Of a stretch of 64,000 nt of DNA, positions 55,591 through 64,000 are shown one piece after another (positions within the stretch are counted from its first letter, which is position 1; the number at the start of each line of letters is the position of its first letter). Source of the DNA: a virus (Duplodnaviria; Caudoviricetes). Under the pieces are notes generated by a model. It ran no database searches. It worked only from the letters and a program-made list of their open reading frames with translations, and was not told the DNA's origin. The stretch covers positions 1 through 64,000 of the IMG/VR virus record IMGVR_UViG_3300042339_001064. One strand, 5' to 3'. A program made the translations under genes and the position numbers.

Positions 55591-56226
55591 TTAAATATTT
55601 TCAGTTCTATAAATATAATAAGGACTATTTGCATAAGTCATATCAACATCTTCACTAGACATTCTCGGATTATTAATTTTTATTTTAGGAGGAGATTCTT
55701 TACTATAAGGTTTAATAAAATCTGCATTGTGCCATCTTAATAAATTATTAGGGTGTATACAAAAATTACCACAATCCATTTCAATAAAATGAAAGCATTT
55801 ACTGTCTAAATCTTCTGAATAGCCTACATTAATTATATTAGGATCAGAAACATAGTCATCAATAGTGAATAAGTAAATCCCACTTCTCCATTTACCATCT
55901 CTACAAAATATATCCACTCTTTTATGTTGTAATAATTTAAAACAAGTGGTAGCAATAGCATTAGATTGGCAATCCCAACTCTCTAATAGAGAAAGTCTTT
56001 TTTGTTCATTATCAGATAGCACATCATAGTCATCCTTATGTTGAAATGCTGATATAGGCATATTCCACATAATAGCTCCTATATTAGACTGAAAATGAAA
56101 TAACATAGGATAGTTTATAACAGACTTAACTCCAAATATAAACCCTGGTAAGTCTTCCTCTAGCCCTATAAATTCTTTTCTAATTTTACATTCTATATAA
56201 GGTGTATTTGCATTTAATTGTGCCAT
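55591..56226 (-). CDS. Hypothetical phage protein
   Basis: 211-aa ORF with WDC and YLFTID motifs, tightly packed. Confidence 0.65.
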   Translation of the reverse strand: MAQLNANTPYIECKIRKEFIGLEEDLPGFIFGVKSVINYPMLFHFQSNIGAIMWNMPISAFQHKDDYDVLSDNEQKRLSLLESWDCQSNAIATTCFKLLQHKRVDIFCRDGKWRSGIYLFTIDDYVSDPNIINVGYSEDLDSKCFHFIEMDCGNFCIHPNNLLRWHNADFIKPYSKESPPKIKINNPRMSSEDVDMTYANSPYYIYRTENI

Positions 56227-56229
56227 ATT

Positions 56230-57102
56230 TTAAAATATATATCTAATTTTTATTTTTAAATCTTCATTAATTAATTGAGTAAGTTCATTAATTAATTTTT
56301 CTTTTAATTGCCATTTGTATCTAACATTATTTCCACCATACTTACTTATTTTTTCTTCTTGTATTTCTGGATTCCATAATAAAGATTCATTTAATCCTCT
56401 TTCTAAATTAATTTTATTTAAGTTAGCATTATGAGTTAAAAATATAATTTCTAAACCACATTGGTCTTTAAATTCTTGACTAACTTCATTGTTAATTATA
56501 TTAAATAATTCTTTATAATCATTTAAATAATTGTCATAATAAATAACAGGACTTAAGTTAAAATGTACTTCCCAACCTGCTTCAAATAATTTTTGAGCTC
56601 CTTTAATTCTAGTTAATGTTAAACTTGTAGACTTTTCTACTTGAGTTCTAATATTTTCTGGTATTAAAGAATGTCTTATTCTAATTTTTTTATTAGAGTC
56701 ATAATTTAATAACAAAGGATTATACCATTTAGTTGCAAATGTAGCACCCATTCTTGGATGATCTTTAAAGTAATCAAATACTCTTTTCCAATCATATTTA
56801 TTCCAATATTTATTTATATCTACATCACACCCAATATCTACAAGGTATAAACTATTATGAACTTGATTAGGAGTTTTAATTAAAGGTTTAGTATTAACCC
56901 AATTATTACAAGCTAATAAAATTTCATTTATATTAGTATTAAGATAAACAGCTGGTCTATTAAATCTATGTACATAACAGTATTGACAATAAGGATTATT
57001 GTTTTGGTCTCTACACCCTAAAATAAAATTGGCAGAAGTAGCATCGCCACTTCTACCATTATCTTTACATAATATTGTTTTAGTTTTTTGAAATTTTTCC
57101 AT
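56230..57102 (-). CDS. Spore photoproduct lyase-family radical SAM protein
   Basis: NGRSGD, GC...CQYCY, DIGCDVD, FATK, RIRHSL.P, RI......AGWEVHFNLSPVI, RYK. Confidence 0.8.
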   Translation of the reverse strand: MEKFQKTKTILCKDNGRSGDATSANFILGCRDQNNNPYCQYCYVHRFNRPAVYLNTNINEILLACNNWVNTKPLIKTPNQVHNSLYLVDIGCDVDINKYWNKYDWKRVFDYFKDHPRMGATFATKWYNPLLLNYDSNKKIRIRHSLIPENIRTQVEKSTSLTLTRIKGAQKLFEAGWEVHFNLSPVIYYDNYLNDYKELFNIINNEVSQEFKDQCGLEIIFLTHNANLNKINLERGLNESLLWNPEIQEEKISKYGGNNVRYKWQLKEKLINELTQLINEDLKIKIRYIF

Positions 57103-57112
57103 TTAAATTAAA

Positions 57113-57295
57113 TTAACAAGCATCTCTATACATTATATTATATTTCTGGATTATTAAATCAACTTTTTGCCAATTACTTCCAGCTGCTCTTACTTCATTT
57201 TCAAACATTTTATCTAGTTGAGCTTTGTCGTATATACAATCTTTAGAGCATGATACTATCATAAATAATAATAAGATAAATAATATTTTTTTCAT
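57113..57295 (-). CDS. Small lipoprotein
   Basis: MKK + hydrophobic stretch + lipobox IVSC. Confidence 0.65.
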   Translation of the reverse strand: MKKILFILLLFMIVSCSKDCIYDKAQLDKMFENEVRAAGSNWQKVDLIIQKYNIMYRDAC

Positions 57296-57300
57296 TATAT

Positions 57301-57462
57301 TTAATTTAATTTTTTAGTAAGAATTTCAGTTATAATATCTTGTACTTCAAATTCAGATTCATTATCAGTATCAAGACAATCAGGAATTAATTCTAATTCT
57401 ACAAGTTTGTCAGTTATTACAATTGATATATCTCTTATATCATCTTCAGTTAATTTTTTCAT
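57301..57462 (-). CDS. Small acidic hypothetical protein (53 aa, not in ORF track)
   Basis: ATG 57462 to TAA 57301: MKKLTEDDIRDISIVITDKLVELELIPDCLDTDNESEFEVQDIITEILTKKLN; fills the gap between neighbours. Confidence 0.65.
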   Translation of the reverse strand: MKKLTEDDIRDISIVITDKLVELELIPDCLDTDNESEFEVQDIITEILTKKLN

Positions 57463-57886
57463 TGTATTTGTGTTTAATTTTTAAATTCATTACTGGATGT
57501 ATTTCTGTAATACCATGTGTTTTATCAAAAACATAAGGTCCTTCAATTTCAATACTATCTCCTTCTGTTGGAATTATAATTTTATTTTTATAAAACCAAC
57601 AGATTGGAAATATTGATGGGGCAGCACATACAATTTCACCTACTATACACCCATTTTCATCTTTATGGTTATTTTTGGATAATAAACTTTTATTCTTTAT
57701 TCTTAATTGAATATGTATATCACCATCAAGATCTGATTCAACTTTTTTAACTCTTCCTACTAAAGTTTTGGAAGAATCTAATAGAACCAATCTTTTTGGG
57801 TGATGCACTCTATTACAAGGACAATCTTCTTTTGAAACTAAGGTTAATAATAATAAAATACCTATAACTAATAATGTTAATTTCAT
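57446..57886 (-). CDS. Exported/membrane-anchored OB-fold-like protein
   Basis: N-terminal signal/TM; G.V....DGDIH...GEI...GDSIEIEG..V.D..HG..EIHP. Confidence 0.55.
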   Translation of the reverse strand: MKLTLLVIGILLLLTLVSKEDCPCNRVHHPKRLVLLDSSKTLVGRVKKVESDLDGDIHIQLRIKNKSLLSKNNHKDENGCIVGEIVCAAPSIFPICWFYKNKIIIPTEGDSIEIEGPYVFDKTHGITEIHPVMNLKIKHKYNEKIN

Positions 57887-57907
57887 ATTATAATTATTTA
57901 TTTATAA

Positions 57908-59533
57908 TTACCCACTACAAGAAGCACACTCTAAAATATTTCTAACAAAACTTTGGGCACTACTTTCACTAAATTGATAATATAAAGTCTTAATGCCTTC
58001 TTCCCAAGCATATAAATATAGTTGATTAATATCTTTAGCTGGTACAGAAGGATGTATTGTTAGATTTAAAGATTGAGCCTGGTCAATAAACTTTTGTCTT
58101 TGAGCTGCTTGTAAAATAATTTCTTTAGGAGAAATCTCTAAAAAAGTCTTAAATACATTTTTTGTAGGAAAATCTAAATGTTCTACAGAGCCATTATTCT
58201 TTAAAATACTTTCCCAAATTTCATTAGTATTTAAATTGTATTTTTCTAATTCAGTTACTAAAAAAGGATTTTTATATACAGTTTTAATTTTAGCCAAATC
58301 TTTAATAAAATAATTAGATTTAATAGGCTCTATTCCCATACTTACTTGCCCTAAAATAAAAGATGAAGATTTTGTAGGAGCAATTGCAATTAATGTAGTA
58401 TTTGCAAAACCCTCTCTACTACAAGTATATCCATGAGTATTAAATAAAGATTGACTAGCTTGCTCAGTTCTTTCTTTTAAAGTTTTAAATATCTGATAGT
58501 TTAGTTGTTTAGTTTCTAAAGATTCAAACTCAATTAATTTAGATTGTAATAAAGAATGATACCCTAAAACTCCTACACCAATAGCTCTGTGATTTTTTGC
58601 AAACCTATAGGCTCTTTTCATACCTGGAAGTACTGAAGACTTTTCTATAAATTCATTTATTACAGCATTTAAAAATAAAGTATAAGTTTCAATAGCATCT
58701 GTATCTTTTATTTCATCCCAATGAAGTAGATTTATAGAACCAATACAACATACAAATGATTCAAAGCTATTTGTAGGAAGCATTATTTCGGAACAAAGAT
58801 TACTTGCAGTAATTTCTAATCCTAATTCTTTATAAGGAGAATTATTATTAGCATTATCTTTAAACATTAAATAAGGAAACCCAAACTCAGTTCTTTTTTC
58901 AATAACTTTAGCCCAGATTTTTCTTTTAGCAGTGTCTCCTTCTTTCATAGACTTTAACCACTCATCTGTAATAGTAATACCAAATTGTAAATTTTGTATA
59001 GGATTACCATCACTACCTATTTCTAAAAATTCTTCAATATCTTCGTGTTCTATAGGTAGCCATATTGCACAAGCACCTCTTCTGGATTCTCCTTGTTTAC
59101 AAGTATCTATTACTGTATCATAAATTTTAGCATAATGAGTTGGCCCATCTGCCTTTCCTCCTGTAGATATAGTAGTACCTCTAGATCTAATATTTCCTAA
59201 ATAAGCAGATGTTCCTCCACCATATTTAGACATTAAGCCTATTTCTCTTGCAGCATTTAAAATGCTATCTAAAGAGTCATCTACATTAGACCCATAACAA
59301 GAAATAGGAAGGCCTTTATTCTTACCAAAATTACTCCATACAGGAGTAGATAAAGAATAAAAGCCTCTTTGCATGTAATTTTCAAACTTATCAGCAAAAC
59401 CTTCTATTTTAAGAATTTGTTCTGCACTATAAGAAATGTGTTTAATTCTTTCTTCAGGAGTTTCTGTAATGTATCCTCTATTTAAATAAAGTCTACTTTC
59501 CTCATTTAACCAGTAATTTTTAGAATAAGTCAT
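57908..59533 (-). CDS. nrdA: Ribonucleotide reductase class I alpha subunit (short, no ATP cone)
   Basis: PISC, GGGTS, SNLCSEI, APTKSSS, KTLYY, C-terminal CASC. Confidence 0.95.
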   Translation of the reverse strand: MTYSKNYWLNEESRLYLNRGYITETPEERIKHISYSAEQILKIEGFADKFENYMQRGFYSLSTPVWSNFGKNKGLPISCYGSNVDDSLDSILNAAREIGLMSKYGGGTSAYLGNIRSRGTTISTGGKADGPTHYAKIYDTVIDTCKQGESRRGACAIWLPIEHEDIEEFLEIGSDGNPIQNLQFGITITDEWLKSMKEGDTAKRKIWAKVIEKRTEFGFPYLMFKDNANNNSPYKELGLEITASNLCSEIMLPTNSFESFVCCIGSINLLHWDEIKDTDAIETYTLFLNAVINEFIEKSSVLPGMKRAYRFAKNHRAIGVGVLGYHSLLQSKLIEFESLETKQLNYQIFKTLKERTEQASQSLFNTHGYTCSREGFANTTLIAIAPTKSSSFILGQVSMGIEPIKSNYFIKDLAKIKTVYKNPFLVTELEKYNLNTNEIWESILKNNGSVEHLDFPTKNVFKTFLEISPKEIILQAAQRQKFIDQAQSLNLTIHPSVPAKDINQLYLYAWEEGIKTLYYQFSESSAQSFVRNILECASCSG

Positions 59534-60524
59534 CTTCTGTAATTGATTTAGTTTTTTTAGAATAATCTACGCTACGTTTATAAAAAAAGTCCCCTTCTTT
59601 TGTTGAAGTTATCTCTACTTCAAACCACATTGTTTTTTCAAGTAAAGTAATATCAGGACTAAAAACAGGACTCATTCCTATTTTTATAAGAGAATTATTA
59701 AATCTATTCATAATAAAATGTTGTATAGTTTCTTTAGATAAGAAATCTAACTCTCCTTTTTCAAATATCCAATCAAGTACTTGACACTCAGCTATATATG
59801 CTTTTTTACATGCAGAATAAACTAAGTTTTCAAATTCTTCATCAAACCATTCTGGATTTTCTCTTTTAATAATATTAATTATTTCTACACCAAAATTACC
59901 ATGAACATCTTCTTCTTTACTTGTTGCCTCAACTACATTTGATATACCTTTAAAAAGATTCTTTTCTTTATTAAAAGACATCATAATTAGAAACTGGCTA
60001 AATAAAGAAACATGCTCTATAAATAAAGAGAATAAAAGTACACTTTTTGTATACATTTTATTATCCTTACTTCTAGTTCCATCTAAGTATTTAGTAAGAT
60101 AATTAATTCTATTTTTAATAGCAGGAACTTCTATTAAGGTTTCAAACTCTTTCTGTAAGCCTAAAACATTTAATAATTCAGCATAAGCATCTTTATGTCT
60201 TACTTCACTTTCTGCAAAGGTCATACCTACATCTCCAATTTCAGTTTTAGGCATTCTTTTATACATATCTGCCCAAAAAGTTTTAACTTTAACTTCTATT
60301 TGAGCAATAGCTAACATTGTTCTTTTTATAGCCTCTCTTTCAGAATCATTAACTTTTATTTTAAAGTCATTTATATCTGAGGTAAAGTTAAATTCTGATT
60401 CTAGCCAATAAGAATGTCTAATAGCTTTTTTATATTCTAAAAGTTCAGGATATTCATAAGGTAATATGTTTTCTCTCTTTTTAAAAATATCTTGTTTTTC
60501 AAAGATTGTTTCATTTTGATTCAT
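59520..60524 (-). CDS. nrdB: Ribonucleotide reductase class I beta subunit (class Id-like)
   Basis: QIE77VKVK81, E107VRH110KDAY114, IEHVSLFSQF, EEDVH, DFF.KRS.DY. Confidence 0.95.
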   Translation of the reverse strand: MNQNETIFEKQDIFKKRENILPYEYPELLEYKKAIRHSYWLESEFNFTSDINDFKIKVNDSEREAIKRTMLAIAQIEVKVKTFWADMYKRMPKTEIGDVGMTFAESEVRHKDAYAELLNVLGLQKEFETLIEVPAIKNRINYLTKYLDGTRSKDNKMYTKSVLLFSLFIEHVSLFSQFLIMMSFNKEKNLFKGISNVVEATSKEEDVHGNFGVEIINIIKRENPEWFDEEFENLVYSACKKAYIAECQVLDWIFEKGELDFLSKETIQHFIMNRFNNSLIKIGMSPVFSPDITLLEKTMWFEVEITSTKEGDFFYKRSVDYSKKTKSITEDDLF

Positions 60525-60582
60525 TTTTTTTGTTAATTTTTAAATATTAATAATAATTTTTTTTTTAGGAAAAAAAGGGTTG

Positions 60583-60590
60583 CAAATCTA
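60583..60590 (-). promoter_or_regulatory. Candidate Bacteroidota -7 promoter element for nrdB-nrdA
   Basis: TAGATTTG on the - strand ~60 nt upstream of nrdB. Confidence 0.45.
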
Positions 60591-60605
60591 TAAAAAAATT
60601 ATTAA

Positions 60606-61316
60606 TTATATGATTTTTTCTTTTACAAGAATATCTTTAACTTTTTTAATTAATTCTTCAATAGTACCTGAATTATCTATTGTATAATTAAACTCTGCAG
60701 TATCTAAACTTGTCTCACTTGGATGGTCTAAAAGGTTTATTTCAGGTCTATTTATTCTAATAGTAATACCTTCTCTTTTTTTTATAGCTGTTAGTTCATT
60801 ACTAAAACGTAAATCCGTTATTATCCAATTAGGATAATAATTTTTATAAGACATATCAGACATTTCATCTAATATTGTATTTGTAGGATTAAATTTAGAC
60901 ACATAATCAGCAAATAAAGCATTAACCCATACATTAGTATGTAATCCATTACGCATTGCTTCTGTGCCAAGTTTTTGAAGAAACTCTCTTGAAGTCATTT
61001 CTACCCAATGTTCTCTTCCTTGCCATTCTGTGGGATAACACCATTCTCTACCAAGAGCTTTTTTTTTAAACTCTTGGTCTTCAAACTTTTCTATAGGAAT
61101 ACCAGTAAGAAGAGAAGCTATTTCTTTTACTTTACCTGCAAACTTTTTTATTTCCCAATCGCAATATTTTTGTTTAAAGTTTTTACAATAAGACTCAAAA
61201 TCATCTTGAGAATCAGGGTGTGAATACCCTCCTTTATCTTTATCTGTTAAATATTGTATTATTTTACCAACAATATCTTTTCCTGAACCTGATTTACCAC
61301 TTAATGCTAAAATCAT
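60606..61316 (-). CDS. Deoxynucleoside monophosphate kinase
   Basis: LSGKSGSGKD, FA..VK, REFLQKLGTE..R, WIITDLRF.NE, HPSE, IDNSGT. Confidence 0.9.
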   Translation of the reverse strand: MILALSGKSGSGKDIVGKIIQYLTDKDKGGYSHPDSQDDFESYCKNFKQKYCDWEIKKFAGKVKEIASLLTGIPIEKFEDQEFKKKALGREWCYPTEWQGREHWVEMTSREFLQKLGTEAMRNGLHTNVWVNALFADYVSKFNPTNTILDEMSDMSYKNYYPNWIITDLRFSNELTAIKKREGITIRINRPEINLLDHPSETSLDTAEFNYTIDNSGTIEELIKKVKDILVKEKII

Positions 61317-61918
61317 AATGATATATTTTTATTATTACAATACAAAACTACTACATTATCTTTTTTAATAGTACATTTATAATATTCTTCTTGATGAATT
61401 TTAAGTTTGTCAATATTAAAAGGTTTTGTTATTATTTGCATACCAGATTTAGTCTCTAATTCAGGCAAAATAGTTTCATTTCCTGGAAAAATATCTTTAA
61501 AAATTTTTCTTATTTTAAATAAACTTGTTAAGGATAAATTATTAAAATACAAGTTAATAACATAAAAATTTAAAGTAGGTTTCATATTTTCAATAGACGT
61601 TAAAAATATATCAGAATAATCTAAATCTTTATTTTGAAACTTATTAGAAAGAGTTTCTACCATTTTATATCCTAATTGTTTTTTAGAATAAGAACCTAAT
61701 TTAATGTATACAGTTCCATTAAATATGTTTGCTAGTCTTTTCATTTCATCATAATAAAAAAATAATTCATTTAAATTATTAATTATATAATGTTTTATTA
61801 AGTTATTATTTTTTTCATAAGGCTGATCTAAATTATCATTTTTATAGATAATTATTTCAAAAAAATATCCAGGTTGAAACTGGAGTATTGGTAAAATTTT
61901 ATTTAAGTTATCAATCAT
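61313..61918 (-). CDS. Hypothetical protein
   Basis: 201 aa; ETKSGMQIITKPFN motif; overlaps the kinase start. Confidence 0.6.
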   Translation of the reverse strand: MIDNLNKILPILQFQPGYFFEIIIYKNDNLDQPYEKNNNLIKHYIINNLNELFFYYDEMKRLANIFNGTVYIKLGSYSKKQLGYKMVETLSNKFQNKDLDYSDIFLTSIENMKPTLNFYVINLYFNNLSLTSLFKIRKIFKDIFPGNETILPELETKSGMQIITKPFNIDKLKIHQEEYYKCTIKKDNVVVLYCNNKNISL

Positions 61919-61919
61919 T

Positions 61920-62135
61920 TTATTGAGTTTGAGTTAATAATGTTTCTAATTCTTTTTTAATTAAAAAAAGATTATCAAATATTTCTATACTATTATTATT
62001 ATAAATTATTGATAATTTCTTTTCTAAGCTTTTACTATTGTTTACATCAATAAGTGCTGCACTAATTGCTTGTTGTTTGTTTAAACCAATATTAATATAT
62101 TTAGATATTAATTCTTCTGTTGTGTATTCTAGCAT
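61920..62135 (-). CDS. Small hypothetical protein
   Basis: 71-aa ORF, tightly packed. Confidence 0.55.
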   Translation of the reverse strand: MLEYTTEELISKYINIGLNKQQAISAALIDVNNSKSLEKKLSIIYNNNSIEIFDNLFLIKKELETLLTQTQ

Positions 62136-62151
62136 AGTTTTAAATTAAAAT

Positions 62152-62200
62152 AAAAAAAGTTTGTAAACTTAAAGACATAGTATCTTTAAGCTTACAAACT
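62152..62200 (-). terminator. Long-stem intrinsic terminator/attenuator
   Basis: - strand AGTTTGTAAGCTTAAAGA-TACTATG-TCTTTAAGTTTACAAACT-TTTTTT: 18-bp stem with one G-U pair, then a U tract. Confidence 0.7.
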
Positions 62201-62307
62201 AAATAAATAAATAATATTAATTAAACAGTAAACCTATTTAATGTATTCTAAGAGTAAACCTGTTATTTTATATTTAAAAAATACGTTACAAAGTTTTTTT
62301 ATGTAAT

Positions 62308-62625
62308 TTATTCTTTAATTTTCTTAGTATTTCTTGGTTTTCTAAAAGTATTTGGTTTTTTACTTGGTGTATTTTTTTCTAACTCAGAAGTTACTTCTGT
62401 TTTAGTAATTTGTGGAGTTATGATTTTTTTTGATAACTCTATAATTTTGTTTTCTAATTTAAGGTTTTCTTCATAAGAATTAGCTAATTTAAAAACTAAT
62501 CTATTTACTTCATTTTCTACAGTTTTAAGTGTTTTCTTATTGAAAAAATACTTATAAAGTAAAATAATTGTAAAACATAAAGTAATACCTTCACTTAGAA
62601 TAAATAATTTAATTAAATTGTTCAT
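62308..62625 (-). CDS. Hypothetical membrane-anchored coiled-coil protein
   Basis: N-terminal hydrophobic helix, coiled coil, basic tail. Confidence 0.55.
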   Translation of the reverse strand: MNNLIKLFILSEGITLCFTIILLYKYFFNKKTLKTVENEVNRLVFKLANSYEENLKLENKIIELSKKIITPQITKTEVTSELEKNTPSKKPNTFRKPRNTKKIKE

Positions 62626-62652
62626 ATAATTTGATTTTTATAATTTAGTTTA

Positions 62653-62660
62653 CAAATATA
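62653..62660 (-). promoter_or_regulatory. Candidate Bacteroidota -7 promoter element
   Basis: TATATTTG on the - strand ~28 nt upstream of ATG 62625. Confidence 0.45.
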
Positions 62661-62696
62661 CAATGTTTTTAACAAATAAAACTTTTTAAATTTAAA

Positions 62697-62999
62697 TTAA
62701 ATGTTAAAAGTTTCAAATTTTGAAGTAGCAGGAGATTCAGTAATAATATATCCTATTCTATTAATATAATGTAAACCAGAGCTTATTATTAGTTCATCTC
62801 CTTCATCAATTAATGTCCATACATGTTGTCTAGGATAGTTTTTAACAAAATCAAATTCTTCCCCAAAAGTTTCATACATACAACCATTAAAAGGATAATC
62901 CTCAATATTGTTTACATTATTTTTTAAATGAATTTGGTTTAGTTGCGGAGTATAAGCAGAATAAAAATCTGTATTATTTGTTTGATAATTGTGACTCAT
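62697..62999 (-). CDS. Hypothetical phage protein
   Basis: 100 aa; YETFGEE, VWTL.D, G.HYINRIGY.ITE motifs. Confidence 0.65.
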   Translation of the reverse strand: MSHNYQTNNTDFYSAYTPQLNQIHLKNNVNNIEDYPFNGCMYETFGEEFDFVKNYPRQHVWTLIDEGDELIISSGLHYINRIGYIITESPATSKFETFNI

Positions 63000-63993
63000 T
63001 TTTATTAATTAAAATAATTTTATCTCTTTGTAATTTTTCTTGAATTATTTCTAATAATGCATTAGAACCTAAAAATTTAACAACATCTGAAGGGTCTTTT
63101 TCCCTCATAAAAGAAGGATTGTTAATATAATTTAATCTAGTATCAATTTCTAGGGTTAATAATCTAGAAAATCTCTTACCAGCTTCATCATTATTTAAAT
63201 AAACATAAACAACTTCAAATTTATTAAATAAATCATTTATAATTGGTAATAAAATTTTATAACTATTTTCACTTGCTAAATTAAATGCATCAAACCCTAA
63301 ACTATCTAAACACATAGTGTCCTTTAAAGAAGAAGTAATAAAACAAACATTAGTTTTATACTCTAATTTAGTATAACCCTCTAGAATAGCTTTAATAGTC
63401 CTCCATTTTTGCATAGGATTACCTAAAGGATTGTATAATTTAAATAATTCATCATTATTATAATAACCAAATATAGGATTAAATTTGCTAGAAGAATAAT
63501 TAATAACATCATTCTTTAATACATACTTAATAGGTTTAATTTCAAATCTATTTAAAGTATTTAAATTAATTTGAAATTGATTCCAGTAATTTAATTCATA
63601 ATCTTCAAAAGATTTAATAATACCAGTATATTTAGACTTTTGTTCCATTACAGGTTTTTTTTCTAAAATTAAAAGAGGAGCTTTTTGGTGCTCCCCTTTA
63701 ATTTTAGTTAAAAAATTACCTTTAACTTTATTACTATACTTTAAATCTAAATTTATTTTATTTATACTAGACTTTCTATCACTTAAATTATACAGTTTAT
63801 TTACATATTCAATACAATCTAAGTGAGTAGGATTAAATGCCCAGTCCATAAATAAAAGAGTATCATTTCTTTCTGTAAAATAACATTTAGGAGTTTTATC
63901 ATTTCTTAATGGATTTTTAAAACTAGTTTTTAAGTCAAAACTTCCAAAATAATGCCTAAATATTTCATACTGTTGATCTAAAGCATATATCAT
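62974..63993 (-). CDS. crAss-type DnaG-like TOPRIM primase
   Basis: NPLRNDKTP, ITSSLKD.MCL, ASE, NNDEAG, KDPSD. Confidence 0.8.
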   Translation of the reverse strand: MIYALDQQYEIFRHYFGSFDLKTSFKNPLRNDKTPKCYFTERNDTLLFMDWAFNPTHLDCIEYVNKLYNLSDRKSSINKINLDLKYSNKVKGNFLTKIKGEHQKAPLLILEKKPVMEQKSKYTGIIKSFEDYELNYWNQFQINLNTLNRFEIKPIKYVLKNDVINYSSSKFNPIFGYYNNDELFKLYNPLGNPMQKWRTIKAILEGYTKLEYKTNVCFITSSLKDTMCLDSLGFDAFNLASENSYKILLPIINDLFNKFEVVYVYLNNDEAGKRFSRLLTLEIDTRLNYINNPSFMREKDPSDVVKFLGSNALLEIIQEKLQRDKIILINKNESQLSNK

Positions 63994-64000
63994 AATAAAG

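Noticed and set aside
30363-60524. Inteins or group I introns in RNAP, giant proteins or nrdAB
   Set aside because: No C/S...HN splice junction or LAGLIDADG/HNH motifs seen; nrdA and nrdB are compact and uninterrupted
8783-61223. Numerous short antisense or nested ORFs in the track (e.g. 9692, 10167, 26278, 32951, 41856, 47201, 54648, 58932, 61008)
   Set aside because: All overlap well-supported genes and have shadow-ORF composition (F/L/S/I-rich)
1-64000. Stop-codon reassignment (TAG/TGA recoding known in some crAss-like phages)
   Set aside because: Genes up to 10 kb are intact in code 11 and TGA is used as a stop (8292, 57446, 61313); no fragmented genes or suppressor tRNA seen
1-64000. 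Absence of Shine-Dalgarno sequences
   Set aside because: A-rich leaders without SD are normal for Bacteroidota and their phages; this supports the host assignment but is not novel

Overview
AT-rich, CpG-poor 64 kb segment of a Crassvirales-like (crAss-like) podophage, probably infecting an environmental Bacteroidota/Flavobacteriia host. It uses standard code 11; I saw no tRNA, CRISPR array, integrase or reverse transcriptase. The + strand (1-55068) is a late/virion block. It runs through Cys-rich tail, fibre and LRR genes with phoH, a lysis cassette (holin, M15 endolysin, membrane proteins) followed by a PAS-PAS-coiled-coil-2TM gene, a metallophosphoesterase, and ring/IHF-like/tail-tube/muzzle genes. 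It ends with three Cys-free putative cargo proteins and three giant ejection proteins, including a 3439-aa DxDxD virion RNA polymerase. A bidirectional terminator at ~55.1 kb separates this from a convergent - strand block: SET protein, spore-photoproduct-lyase-like radical SAM, class Id-like NrdAB, dNMP kinase and primase. The most notable observations are: (1) by eye, the three giant proteins (~8200 aa) have only four Cys, all at the termini facing the neighbouring gene product, suggesting a head-to-tail disulfide chain; (2) two cargo proteins are punctuated by ~22 short GG motifs that delimit swappable modules, like a GG-processed polyprotein; (3) an RNase HI domain and a zincin module are fused into the RNAP; (4) a tandem-PAS membrane sensor with no output domain sits at the end of the lysis cassette. 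All assignments come from motif recognition by eye, without database searches.
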